A stretch of 64,000 nucleotides of DNA, taken from assembly GCA_015233405.1 (NCBI GenBank), contig JADFXT010000005.1, forward strand, positions 74,210 to 138,209. Reading direction: 5' to 3'. The translations under genes and the position numbers were made by a program. A model generated the notes under the pieces. It saw only the letters and a list, made by a program, of their open reading frames with translations, had not been told where the DNA came from and did no database searches. This document shows positions 40,475-50,575 of the stretch, in pieces (positions within the stretch are counted from its first letter, which is position 1; each line of letters opens with the position of its first letter). Source of the stretch: Candidatus Omnitrophota bacterium. Its GTDB lineage: Bacteria; Omnitrophota; Gorgyraeia; Zapsychrales; Zapsychraceae.

Positions 40475-41611
40475 ATGGCAGACTCTGGGACAATTAAAAT
40501 CGGCATCAAAAAAATTCTGCAATCCGAAGGAACGGTTGCTTTAAAAGCCATTAAACTCTTGGATTATCTTTTAGGCAGCGTCCTGGCCCGGATTCTTTCT
40601 CAAAAAAAAGACAAACCGTTTCCCACTCAATTCCATCGCATTCTAGTCATTCGTCCCGGAGGAATAGGGGACGCTGTATTTCTTCTCCCTGTCCTCAAAC
40701 ACCTTCGAAAAACGTTCCCGTCGATTATCATCGATGTTTTGTGTGAACAACGAAACAGTGCCGTTTTCTCGCTTGAACCCAACATTGTAAATAATATTTT
40801 TTCCTGGCAGTCATTAAAATCATTTCGCACGATTTTTACCAACTCTTATGATGTCGTTATCGACACAGAGCAGTGGCACTACGCGAGTGCGCTCGTCACA
40901 TATTTTATGAAAAACGCCTACAGCATCGGTTTTGCCACTCGCCCGTTAAGGAAAAAATTGTTTAATGCGGCTGTCGAATACGGATTAAATGATTATGAAT
41001 TAAATAATTTTACGAAACTTTTTTCTTCTTTTCTTCCTGAAGCCAGCGTTCTCCATAATATTCATAACGCCATTGAAATTGATTTAGATCAGTTCGCATC
41101 ACTTCGGTCCCAAATCCCACAAAATGCCGTAACCATATTTTTAGGGGGAAGCATTCGGCTTAGAAGATTCAACAAGCCTGAAGCTGATAAGATTGTTGGT
41201 GAAATCTTACGATTGGACGAAAAAGTCGTCTTAATCGGAGGGAAGAAGGATATTAACATTGCGAATTTCTTGGAATTAAAATATAAGAACCAAGGCCTAA
41301 TCAATCTCGTCGGAAAAACAACGCTTAAAGAAAGCGCCGCCATTATTAAGTTATCGAAAAAATTTATCGGGCATGATTCAGGGATGCTGCATATTGCCAT
41401 AGCACTCCAAACGCCTGTTATCGCTATTTGGGGACCAGGAAATCAATCTAAATGGTTGCGTCTTTCATATAAAGACCACCTGATATATAAAAGATTGCCC
41501 TGTTCTCCTTGCACACAATTTGGGTATACAATCCCCATCTGCCACAACAAATATCTTTGTACAGAAGACGCCCATGAACATACAGAAAACTATTTTAAGA
41601 ACATTATATAA
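40475..41611 (+). CDS. glycosyltransferase family 9 (heptosyltransferase-like)
   Basis: ILVIRPGGIGDAVFLLPVLKHLRK N-terminal hallmark. C-terminal …GHDSGMLHIAIALQTPVIAIWGP. Confidence 0.75.
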   Translation: MADSGTIKIGIKKILQSEGTVALKAIKLLDYLLGSVLARILSQKKDKPFPTQFHRILVIRPGGIGDAVFLLPVLKHLRKTFPSIIIDVLCEQRNSAVFSLEPNIVNNIFSWQSLKSFRTIFTNSYDVVIDTEQWHYASALVTYFMKNAYSIGFATRPLRKKLFNAAVEYGLNDYELNNFTKLFSSFLPEASVLHNIHNAIEIDLDQFASLRSQIPQNAVTIFLGGSIRLRRFNKPEADKIVGEILRLDEKVVLIGGKKDINIANFLELKYKNQGLINLVGKTTLKESAAIIKLSKKFIGHDSGMLHIAIALQTPVIAIWGPGNQSKWLRLSYKDHLIYKRLPCSPCTQFGYTIPICHNKYLCTEDAHEHTENYFKNII

Positions 41612-42464
41612 AATTCATCCTTTTAGCTTAAAAGGAGATCTCGGCGATTTAACTTCACCCAGAGAGAATTTCTTGTCCTGTCTTATATTGACCCAAGGGA
41701 GGAGCGCTCAACTCGAAAACCTTTTATATGATCTGTCGTGCCAAAATTTGAATAAATCTCAATTTGAAGTCGTTATTGTAGAAAACAATAAACGTAACGT
41801 CGAAACTGAGCTCCTTTGTCAGAAATATTCTGCAAAATTAAACATTATATACAAAGAAGACTCGTCTACTATTTTCAAACTTGGAACCTCGCGCAATTTA
41901 AGCGTTCAACTTTCCAAAGGTGATTTTTTGCTTTTTCTAGATGACGATGCTCGGATTCTTCAGAATGATTTTCTAAGCAAAGCGGTTAAAACTTTTCAAA
42001 ATAACAAGCTAGACATTCTGATCCCCGCCGGAAAGCCGCTTTATGGAATAATGAAAAGGAAATATTGTTTTCTGGATAAATTTTCTTTTGCAACCAGGTG
42101 CATTTTTTATAAAAGAACCTTTCTTAAGGAAATCGGCGGATTTCAAAACGAGCTTTTTTGTTATGACGATATTGAGCTCGGGGTCCGGTCCATACTCCAA
42201 AACGCGAACATCAAAGAAGACGACAGCCTTGAATATTATCATCCGCCGTTATATTTTGAAACCATGCAGAAACCTTATTGCATAGGCCAATCGATCTTGT
42301 CCTTAAGAAAAAGATATTCTTTTATTTTATGGCTGGCGATTTATTTAAACGCCTTGCGCTATCTTGTTTACATTCTTTTTCCCGACACGGTACGGCTTCA
42401 ATGGTTTAAAATAAGTTTGGGCGTTCTGTCGGCGCCATTTTTAAAAAAGAAATACACCTATTAA
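41574..42464 (+). CDS. glycosyltransferase family 2
   Basis: VVIVENNKRN…, DDD acceptor motif (LFLDDDARI). ATG at 41574 overlaps the 3' end of the GT9 gene. Confidence 0.6.
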   Translation: MNIQKTILRTLYKIHPFSLKGDLGDLTSPRENFLSCLILTQGRSAQLENLLYDLSCQNLNKSQFEVVIVENNKRNVETELLCQKYSAKLNIIYKEDSSTIFKLGTSRNLSVQLSKGDFLLFLDDDARILQNDFLSKAVKTFQNNKLDILIPAGKPLYGIMKRKYCFLDKFSFATRCIFYKRTFLKEIGGFQNELFCYDDIELGVRSILQNANIKEDDSLEYYHPPLYFETMQKPYCIGQSILSLRKRYSFILWLAIYLNALRYLVYILFPDTVRLQWFKISLGVLSAPFLKKKYTY

Positions 42465-42481
42465 TCCTTGGGATTTTCACT

Positions 42482-43441
42482 ATGAACGCTTCTGTAATTG
42501 TTCCTGTCTATAACCGTGAATCTTTAATCCAAAAATGCCTTAACTCGCTATTGTCTCAACATTTTGACGACTATGAAATCATTGTCGTGGATGACGGCTC
42601 AACAGATTCAACACGACAAAAGCTCGAAAACTTCAAGAGTCACAAACAAGTTAGAATTTTCTATAATGACAAAAACATGGGTCCATCTTATGCAAGGAAT
42701 AAAGCAATTGCGCTAAGCCAGGGAACCATATTGGCTTTCATCGATTCTGATTGTGAGGCGTTAGAACATTGGCTCGAAGAACTTATGAAACCGTTTAAGC
42801 AAGATCCAACCATCATGATAGCTGCAGGGATGATCCTCGACCCTAAAACACATAATTATTGGGAATGTGTTAACAAGGGCGGCGATTTCATCGCACATAT
42901 AGAAGGGGCCGTAAAGAATGCCATTGGTTGCAATATGGCAATCCGTCGAGAATTCTTAAAATCTAATCCTTTTGATGAAAAAATCCCAACTTCGGCCGCA
43001 GAAGACCTTGATTTATGCCAGCGGTGTCTAAAAACGGGCAATAAGATATATTACAACCCCAACGCCGCCGTTATTCATTACCGACGTTCAAATTTTAGAA
43101 ATACGATTCGTCAACAATTCTCCTACGGCTATTGGAATACCTACGTCAATATCAAAAATCAGCGTTTTCCATTTATAAATTATGGGAGCTGGATTCTTAT
43201 CGGAAGTTTCATCGCTTTTCTATTAAAACTTCCGGTCTTGATTCCGCTCTTTTTCTTATGCTCTTACTTGACGTTGGTATCCTATGTAAGCTTACGTCCA
43301 AAGTTGAAAACATGGCCGGAGGTCATTATGACTTACCCCGGATTTCTAATGGGATGCCTCGCCAACTTTGCGGGAAATATATTTTATTTATTCCAAGCGG
43401 TTAAAGACTTAATACAATTTTCTGGGAGAAAAAATTCATGA
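42482..43441 (+). CDS. glycosyltransferase family 2 with C-terminal TM segments
   Basis: SVIVPVYNRE…IIVVDDGSTD…AFIDSDC…EDLDLC motifs. Confidence 0.8.
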   Translation: MNASVIVPVYNRESLIQKCLNSLLSQHFDDYEIIVVDDGSTDSTRQKLENFKSHKQVRIFYNDKNMGPSYARNKAIALSQGTILAFIDSDCEALEHWLEELMKPFKQDPTIMIAAGMILDPKTHNYWECVNKGGDFIAHIEGAVKNAIGCNMAIRREFLKSNPFDEKIPTSAAEDLDLCQRCLKTGNKIYYNPNAAVIHYRRSNFRNTIRQQFSYGYWNTYVNIKNQRFPFINYGSWILIGSFIAFLLKLPVLIPLFFLCSYLTLVSYVSLRPKLKTWPEVIMTYPGFLMGCLANFAGNIFYLFQAVKDLIQFSGRKNS

Positions 43442-44406
43442 GAGTTTCCGTTGTTGTTTGCACCTATAACCGTGAACAATTTATTCTGAAATGCCTGGAT
43501 TCTTTATTAATCCAAAGCTTCAAAAATTACGAAATCATTATTGTTGATGACGGGTCAACAGACCGGACACAAGAATTGCTCAGGCCATATCAAGGAGGGC
43601 GGGTGATTATTAAGAGAAATCCGGAAAATAAAGGGCTCATGTTCTCCAGAAATCTGGGGGCAAGCTTATCCTCCGGAGAAATCATTGCTTTTACGGATTC
43701 GGATTGCGTTACGGATAATTTTTGGTTAGAAGAGCTCGTTAAACCGTTTTCTGATGACCAGGTCGTGATCGTTGGCGGACGTATTATAGACCCGCCCGCC
43801 GCAAACTACTGGGAATTCGCGAGCCAAGACGTCAATTTTATTTCAAATACCAGCGGGACCGTTCAAGCGGTCATTGGATGTAATATGGCCGTCAGAAAAA
43901 ACTTCCTCATGAATAATAAATTCGACGAAAAGTTCAAATATGGAGCAGATGACCTAGACCTATGTCTTAATTGCGGTCGGCAAGGATTCAAGGTCTATTA
44001 TCACGATAAAGCAGTCGTAACGCATTTTCACAGAAATACCTTTAGAGACGTTATTTTACAACAATACCGGTACGGCTTTACTAACGCCTATGCAAGCATA
44101 AAAAACCAAGACCACAAATTTTTTATAAGCTATGCGCTCTGGTGCATCCTTATTGCCATTTCATATTGGGGAATAAAAAAATATAGGATTCCAGATTTGA
44201 GGAATGCCTTTTGCTTTTTTATTGTTCTTTATTTGGCAAGTATCGCTATTTCAAGCGCAAAGAAACAGACGCACTCTTTCCCAAACTTTGTTAAAGCCCT
44301 TCCAGGGATTATTATCAGAAGCACTGCGCATTCTTGGGGAAAGCTTTCTTACAGTTTTCTTTTCTTGATAAGCGTTGTTAGCAGAAAAGAACGAAGAGAT
44401 TCATAA
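43438..44406 (+). CDS. glycosyltransferase family 2 with C-terminal TM segments (paralogue of the preceding gene)
   Basis: SVVVCTYNRE…IIIVDDGSTD…AFTDSDC…DDLDLC. 4-nt overlap with the upstream gene. Confidence 0.8.
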   Translation: MRVSVVVCTYNREQFILKCLDSLLIQSFKNYEIIIVDDGSTDRTQELLRPYQGGRVIIKRNPENKGLMFSRNLGASLSSGEIIAFTDSDCVTDNFWLEELVKPFSDDQVVIVGGRIIDPPAANYWEFASQDVNFISNTSGTVQAVIGCNMAVRKNFLMNNKFDEKFKYGADDLDLCLNCGRQGFKVYYHDKAVVTHFHRNTFRDVILQQYRYGFTNAYASIKNQDHKFFISYALWCILIAISYWGIKKYRIPDLRNAFCFFIVLYLASIAISSAKKQTHSFPNFVKALPGIIIRSTAHSWGKLSYSFLFLISVVSRKERRDS

Positions 44407-45126
44407 TACTTCTTCAGACGTGATTTCACCTTTATTGAGGAAAAGGATGCGGTTAGAAAAATTCTTGAGCACTTCCATATCATGTGAAACCAGCACAATG
44501 GTTTTCTTTTTTTCCTTGAGTTCAAAAATCTTATCAAAACATTTCTTCCGAAATTCTTCATCTCCGCCGCTACCGATGATCTCATCGAACAAATAAATAC
44601 TCGCCTCGCTATGAATAGCAATAGAAAACGCCAGACGAAGATGCATCCCCGACGAATAATTCTTAACCGGCATATCGATAAATTCTTCGATCCCTGAGAA
44701 TTTAATGATCGATTCCATCTTCTTATTGATTTCCTTGATCTTCATCTTTAAGATCGCCCCGTTGACATAAATATTTTCTCTCCCCGAAAGATCAAAATGG
44801 AAACCCGCCCCCATCGCGATAAGAGGAGCAACGGATTCCTGAACAGAAATGCTTCCTTTGTTAGGATACGTAATGTCAGACATCAACTTTAAGATTGTGC
44901 TTTTACCCGCCCCATTAGGGCCATAAAGGCCTAAGGTTTGTCCTTTAAAAATCTGAAAAGAAATATTCTTTAACGCCCAAAACTCATTTCCTGCTAGCTT
45001 TAAATTGTCTTGCTTTAAACTGAAAATCCTCATGACATCTTCCCTTAATGAGCGATGGAAGATGCCGCTTTTGGAATATTTTTTCCACACATTATCGAAT
45101 GTTATGATGGGTTCATCAAAGGACAT
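44401..45126 (-). CDS. ABC transporter ATP-binding protein, polysaccharide-export (Wzt/TagH) type
   Basis: Walker A GPNGAGKST, signature YSSGMHLRLAF, Walker B IYLFDE. Confidence 0.85.
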   Translation of the reverse strand: MSFDEPIITFDNVWKKYSKSGIFHRSLREDVMRIFSLKQDNLKLAGNEFWALKNISFQIFKGQTLGLYGPNGAGKSTILKLMSDITYPNKGSISVQESVAPLIAMGAGFHFDLSGRENIYVNGAILKMKIKEINKKMESIIKFSGIEEFIDMPVKNYSSGMHLRLAFSIAIHSEASIYLFDEIIGSGGDEEFRKKCFDKIFELKEKKKTIVLVSHDMEVLKNFSNRILFLNKGEITSEEVL

Positions 45127-45910
45127 CGGCGAACTTTCTTTCTGCGATCCTAAAAAAATTAAAACTTATGACAAAAAGGATTATCGCGTAACAAAACATA
45201 AATAAAAAAGCATACGGAGAAATGGGCGCACCTCCGATAACTGATTTGCGGATGCTATCAATAATAAAACAAAGCGGATTGAGATAAATAAAGAATTTAT
45301 ACTTCGCAGGGATCATCCCGATCGGATAAAAAATGGGCGTCGCAAAAAACCACAACTGCAAAAGGAAATTAATGGCCAGCTGAACATCCCGATAATAAAC
45401 GTTTACTACGGTTAAAATCAGACAAAAGGAAATCGTAAACAATAAAAGGAGTGCTACGAGAGGAAGAAAATACAACGCGCACCAGGTTATTGGAATATGG
45501 TAAAGAAATAGGAGGATTATAAAAATGACGGCAGCGATCATAAAATCAATAAAAGCAATGGCAATCCCTGCGATCGGCAATATTTCCCTTGGGAAATAAA
45601 TTTTTCGGATTAAATCATAATTGCTTACAAGGCTTGGAATAGAATAATTGACCGAAGAAGAAAAAAATGCCCACGGCAAAAGCCCTGAATAAAAAAAGAT
45701 AGGCTGAGGAAGAGTGGAAATCTTAACAGGCATAATGCGGGAAAAAACAAGCGTAAAAATCCCCATTAAGCTTAAAGGCTGTATAACGGCCCAAACAACC
45801 CCTAAAATAGCCTGCTTATACCTAACGCTAAATTGTTTCCAAATAAGGATAAAATAAAGGTCTCTATAATCTTTATAATATTTTAGAAATTTATAAAATA
45901 GTTTAATCAT
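45116..45910 (-). CDS. ABC-2 type polysaccharide-export permease (Wzm-like)
   Basis: 264 aa with 6 TM segments, an N-terminal …RYKQAILGVVWAVIQP motif typical of ABC-2 permeases, and an overlap with the ATPase gene. Confidence 0.8.
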   Translation of the reverse strand: MIKLFYKFLKYYKDYRDLYFILIWKQFSVRYKQAILGVVWAVIQPLSLMGIFTLVFSRIMPVKISTLPQPIFFYSGLLPWAFFSSSVNYSIPSLVSNYDLIRKIYFPREILPIAGIAIAFIDFMIAAVIFIILLFLYHIPITWCALYFLPLVALLLLFTISFCLILTVVNVYYRDVQLAINFLLQLWFFATPIFYPIGMIPAKYKFFIYLNPLCFIIDSIRKSVIGGAPISPYAFLFMFCYAIILFVISFNFFRIAERKFADVL

Positions 45911-46077
45911 AATGAGTAATTACATTATCATAATAATTTTAATAAATCAAATATTGCGAATTTTAAATAAAACCCCAAAATAGATGTTATTTTCTTTAAA
46001 AAAACGTTGATTTTATAGGGCTTTCGAGCTATTGTTTTCATAACTTGACATTTTTCCACAATCCTCACTTTTTAACT

Positions 46078-48657
46078 ATGCGAAATAAACTCTTGATCCA
46101 ATTAATAATCTGTTTAGCCATTGGCTTATTTTCGGCTAACCCTAAAATCATTGTCCCCGCGTCTGCTCAAAGCCTTGAGGCGCAAATCTCAGAAGAAAAA
46201 GATTTTCAAGACAAAAAGATCTCCTCAGATGATTTTATAGAATTCTTAAGAAGCACGATCAAACAAAAAGAGGTCCTGATTGAAGAACTTACCGAGGAAA
46301 ATGGGTCCCTTCACAAAGAAATCCTGAATTTAACCGACCAAAAGAAGCTTCTAGAAAATCAACAAGGGACCAATCTCTCCGGAAAATTATATGAAAAAAT
46401 CGTCCAGATCGAAAACCTAAACCTGCAAAAAGAATCTCTATCGAACCAAATTATTTTTATGCGGCAGGAAAACACTAAACTCGCCGATGAAATAAAAAAC
46501 CTGAAAGGCCAATTGCAAGAAAGCAATTTAAGCCGTCAGCTTCAACTGCAGGATGCCCAATCTTCCTATGATGAAAAATTATCAACCTTAGAGCAGGAAG
46601 TAGCCAAGCTAAAAGAAACCATTCGTCAAAATAATAACCTTATCGAGAAATATAAAGAAGACCAGGATTTCCTGAAAAAGAATTTGGCAGACATAGAACT
46701 GGAAAAGAAGACCTTAAGCAATGATTTAGATCTGGCAAAAGAACGCCTGGGTGAAAAAGAATCAAAATTCACAGCTCAGGCAGCCAAAGAAAAGAAAGGC
46801 CTTGAGAAAGACATTAATGTCCTTCAGCAAAAATTAAATATTTCTGAACAGGAACGCCAAAGAAAAATGGAAGAGTCTGTAAGTCTTAAGATTAAAAAAG
46901 ACGCCTTAGAGCAAGATTTAAAATCCCAATCAGAAGAGACCGAGTTAAATGATGCGTCAGATAAACTCCACGAACAGAAAACTTTGACCCTGGCTCAAAA
47001 AAAGACTGAGACATTAAAGAAAAAAATCCTCACACTGGAAAACAAGCTGGAACGTATCCAGAAAAAAAATATGCTTCGAAGAAATGCAGCGGGATCGGCA
47101 TCAATTCAGGACCTGCTATCTATAAAGAACGAGATGAAAATTCTTAAAAGAGAACTGCTCATAGCGGCCAGAGAGCGCGACCGGTATGAACAAGCGCTTG
47201 AAGACCAACAATATAAAATCAAAGCCCTTAATAAAAATATCGTCTCCTTACTAGATCAACTCGGAGACATGAAACGATCCAATACCGAAGAAAAATCCCA
47301 AGAGGAGAAACTACTTCAAAAAAAGGTAATCGATCTTCAAAAAGACTTAACGATAAAAGAACAGCAGATTAGTTCTCTATCACTACAAATGGAAAAAATA
47401 ACCGCTGACTATAAGGCGTCTAAAATCTCTTTGGATGTGCTCAACAACCAATTTGCCTCCTACAAAGAAGAATCTGGAAGAAAACTGGCCGAAGAAAGCA
47501 AGAGATCTGAAACCCTTCAAAAAGAATATCAGACAACTTTGCAGGATAAAGAAAACGAGATAAAGGATCTAAAAAATACCCTTGCCTTAAATAAAGAGCA
47601 GCTTAATTCTTTGACCCAACAGAAAGACAGACTGGCAGAGGATTTAAAGGCGTCTAAAATCTCTTTGGATGTGCTCAATAGCCAATTTACTCCCTACAAA
47701 GAAGAAGCTGAAAGAAAGCTGGCCGAAGAAAAAAAGAGATCTGAAAACCTGCAAAAAGAATATCAGACGACTTTGCAGAACAAAGACAATGAAATAAAGA
47801 ATCTTAAAAACGATCTTGCCTTAAATAAAGAGCAGCTTAATTCTGTGACCCAACAGAAAGACAAATTGGCCGTGGATTTTAAGACGTCTAAAATCTCTTT
47901 AGATGTGCTTAACAGCCAATTTAATCCCTACAAGGAAGAAGCTCAGAAAAAAATTATCGACGGGAGAAACGCTTTAGAAAACTTAAGAAAAGATTATCAA
48001 ATTCTCGAGCAGGAAAAGAAAAACTTTTCTAAACGGATTGAGGAGGCGCAAAAACCGCTTAAAGAACAGATCTCTTCTTTAGAACAGAAATTAGAGGCCA
48101 AAGAAAACTCCACAGAGGAAAAGGTTCGAAAAGAAACCGAACGCATAAAAGCCGAGCATCTGGCGATGATTGAAAAACTAAACCAGCAGCTTGATCAGAC
48201 CCAGACGGATCTATCCAAGAAAATTATTCAATTTGGGACCATTTCCCGAGAAAAAGAAAATTTAGCCGCAAGAATCCAAGCTCTTAATAAAAATAAAGAT
48301 GTTATTAGCTCAGAATTACAGTTTGTGAAGCAAAAACTCCAAGAAACAGAAAAATTGCTTACGGAAAAATTTGATCAAGATTCCCCAATAAGAGAAAAAA
48401 TAAAGGAACTGCAGGAATCCGTCAAAAACTCGCAGGATCTTATAGCTCTTGAACCGACGGAAGAGATCGTCCAGACCGCCCTTGCGGAAAAAATCAATGA
48501 GATCAAACTTCCTTATCAGGAAAAAATCTTCGCCTTAGAAAAAAAGGTGGACACCTTAACCAAGGATTTGGCACAAAAAGAAGCGGAAATTCGCTCCTTA
48601 ACAGAAACCCTTCAGAAAACTCAATCAGAATGTCCGGTAACCCCAAAGAAGCGTTAA
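46078..48657 (+). CDS. secreted giant coiled-coil protein with internal 78-aa tandem repeats
   Basis: Signal peptide MRNKLLIQLIICLAIGLFSANPKIIVPASAQ|S. About 830 aa of heptad-rich sequence. I prefer the ATG at 46078 over the TTG at 46045. Confidence 0.65.
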   Translation: MRNKLLIQLIICLAIGLFSANPKIIVPASAQSLEAQISEEKDFQDKKISSDDFIEFLRSTIKQKEVLIEELTEENGSLHKEILNLTDQKKLLENQQGTNLSGKLYEKIVQIENLNLQKESLSNQIIFMRQENTKLADEIKNLKGQLQESNLSRQLQLQDAQSSYDEKLSTLEQEVAKLKETIRQNNNLIEKYKEDQDFLKKNLADIELEKKTLSNDLDLAKERLGEKESKFTAQAAKEKKGLEKDINVLQQKLNISEQERQRKMEESVSLKIKKDALEQDLKSQSEETELNDASDKLHEQKTLTLAQKKTETLKKKILTLENKLERIQKKNMLRRNAAGSASIQDLLSIKNEMKILKRELLIAARERDRYEQALEDQQYKIKALNKNIVSLLDQLGDMKRSNTEEKSQEEKLLQKKVIDLQKDLTIKEQQISSLSLQMEKITADYKASKISLDVLNNQFASYKEESGRKLAEESKRSETLQKEYQTTLQDKENEIKDLKNTLALNKEQLNSLTQQKDRLAEDLKASKISLDVLNSQFTPYKEEAERKLAEEKKRSENLQKEYQTTLQNKDNEIKNLKNDLALNKEQLNSVTQQKDKLAVDFKTSKISLDVLNSQFNPYKEEAQKKIIDGRNALENLRKDYQILEQEKKNFSKRIEEAQKPLKEQISSLEQKLEAKENSTEEKVRKETERIKAEHLAMIEKLNQQLDQTQTDLSKKIIQFGTISREKENLAARIQALNKNKDVISSELQFVKQKLQETEKLLTEKFDQDSPIREKIKELQESVKNSQDLIALEPTEEIVQTALAEKINEIKLPYQEKIFALEKKVDTLTKDLAQKEAEIRSLTETLQKTQSECPVTPKKR
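47413..47990 (+). repeat. in-frame tandem repeat, period 234 bp (78 aa), ~2.5 copies
   Basis: Unit starts AAGGCGTCTAAAATCTCTTTGGATGTGCT at 47413 and 47647, and AAGACGTCTAAAATCTCTTTAGATGTGCT at 47881. Protein KASKISLDVLN(N/S)QF…YKEE…KLAEE.KRSE.LQKEYQTTLQ…. Confidence 0.85.
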
Positions 48658-48709
48658 TCAAGCAATTAACAAAAAACTTTGCTTTCAAATCATAAGAGGA
48701 GAATCTCTC

Positions 48710-50575
48710 ATGACAAATTTTCGGCTATTTAGGATCCAATTATTCTTTGTATGCTTGATTCTCGGCAATTCTTTATCCTGGGCGGAAACTATTGTCTTAA
48801 AAAACGGTCAAATCGTTGAAGGCGCCGTCATCGGACGGTCAGATAAATATCTAAAAGTATCCCAAAATGGCAAGGTTACCTGGTATAACTGGGACGACGT
48901 GCAGACCGTGGACGCCAAAACGAACGGTAATCCTACTTCTAAAGATGTCGCATCTTCTAACCCGGAAGCGGCTTCTCCCAGCAATATGTTTACTAAAGCA
49001 TTTGATTCGGTTGTTCTTATCAGGAACAAAACCTTAAACCAGGACCAGATGCTCGGCAGCGGGTTCATTGTTTCTTCTGACGGAGTCATCGTAACGAATT
49101 ATCACGTCGTCAATTCAAGCGCAGCCATGAGCATTCGTTTGAAAGATGGTCGAGAATTCACTCCGCAGTCCATTATGAATTATGACAAAAAACGCGATAT
49201 TTGCATTTTACGTATTGGTGCGTCTAACCTGCCGGCTCTTAAACTGGGGACAACTAAAGACTTAGCTGCAGGCGCCCCGATCTATACCGTAGGAAACCCC
49301 TTGGGGCTCGAATACTCCGTCAGCAACGGATTATTTTCAAGTAAAAGAGACAAATATCATATTTCATACCTACAATTTACAGCTCCCATCTCTCCGGGAA
49401 ACAGCGGAGGCCCGCTTTTAAACCAATCCGGAAAAGCCATCGGCGTTAACACGTTCTATCTCGTCGATGGACAAAATTTAAATTTCGCGCTTGATGTTGA
49501 AGAATTAAAACCGTTATTGCAGACAGACCGTAATATCCCGTTTGAAGAATTTGTGCGCAAAGTAAGCCAGGTCGAATATCTTAAAACTCAAGCAAATCAA
49601 TTTCTAGATGCAAATAAATGGGATAAGGCAGAAGAAATTTATAACCAAGCCATTGCCTTAGACCCAAATGACCCCGAACTGTTTGATTTTCGTGGACGAT
49701 GCCGTGAAAATTTATGGTTTGATAATCGTGTTTATGCCAACAATTCACGCAACTATTTGGAAGAAGCCATTGATGATTTTAATAAAGCCGTGTTCATAGA
49801 CCCGAATTATTTCTGGGGGTTGGCAGATTTGGGCCAATTGCTTTCCATAAAAGGAGACTCATTAAAAAACACGTCTTTTATAAAAACGGGGGTGGGTTAT
49901 TTAAAACAAGCTGAAACACTTTTGTCAGATAACACCGACAAAGACGCAGAAGCATTGTATGGATCTCTTGTGAGCGCTAATTTATTCTTACAACAATTTT
50001 CAGAAGCTCAAAAGTATGTTGATAAAATTTTTGAAATTGACCCAAAGTCATTACAGGGAGCACGAATGCAAGGGGAAATTTTATTGGCCCAAGGAAAAAT
50101 TGATGAAGCATTAACAATATTTGGACAAATGTTATCCGCCCAGCCGCAAAATTTTGATTTGCTGATGAAGATCGCGGGACTCTATGAACAAAAAGGGGAT
50201 TTATTTGAAGCAGAACGCCGTTATAAAGCAGCTCTTGAAATCGGCGGAAAAAATTATGTTCCTCTTTATTCTTTAGCAAAAATTTCTTTAAAGCAATCCG
50301 ATTTAGGAAAGGCTTGGCAATATTTGGAATCTTTGAAAAAAATTGAAATGTATTGTTTTAGCCTAAACTGGAATGCCAGGTATAACCAAGCGGTAACCGT
50401 TGATGAACGAACCGCCAATGAATGCCCTCAAAACCTTGGGCCCGCATGGCACGATGAGGTTGACCAGATGCGCCGCTCTATTTTGATCAGCTGGGCAAAA
50501 ACATATTCTATTGTTGCGGTATTTATAGTTGCAGTAATTTTCTGGCTTAAGAAACGGAAACAAAAAACAGCATGA
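48710..50575 (+). CDS. trypsin-like (S1/HtrA-type) serine protease fused to TPR repeats and a C-terminal TM anchor
   Basis: Signal peptide. GSGFIVSSDGVIVTNYHVV (His), RDICILRI (Asp), GNSGGPLLN (Ser). TPR units (AEEIYNQAIALDPNDPE…). C-terminal IVAVFIVAVIFWLKKRK. Confidence 0.75.
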   Translation: MTNFRLFRIQLFFVCLILGNSLSWAETIVLKNGQIVEGAVIGRSDKYLKVSQNGKVTWYNWDDVQTVDAKTNGNPTSKDVASSNPEAASPSNMFTKAFDSVVLIRNKTLNQDQMLGSGFIVSSDGVIVTNYHVVNSSAAMSIRLKDGREFTPQSIMNYDKKRDICILRIGASNLPALKLGTTKDLAAGAPIYTVGNPLGLEYSVSNGLFSSKRDKYHISYLQFTAPISPGNSGGPLLNQSGKAIGVNTFYLVDGQNLNFALDVEELKPLLQTDRNIPFEEFVRKVSQVEYLKTQANQFLDANKWDKAEEIYNQAIALDPNDPELFDFRGRCRENLWFDNRVYANNSRNYLEEAIDDFNKAVFIDPNYFWGLADLGQLLSIKGDSLKNTSFIKTGVGYLKQAETLLSDNTDKDAEALYGSLVSANLFLQQFSEAQKYVDKIFEIDPKSLQGARMQGEILLAQGKIDEALTIFGQMLSAQPQNFDLLMKIAGLYEQKGDLFEAERRYKAALEIGGKNYVPLYSLAKISLKQSDLGKAWQYLESLKKIEMYCFSLNWNARYNQAVTVDERTANECPQNLGPAWHDEVDQMRRSILISWAKTYSIVAVFIVAVIFWLKKRKQKTA

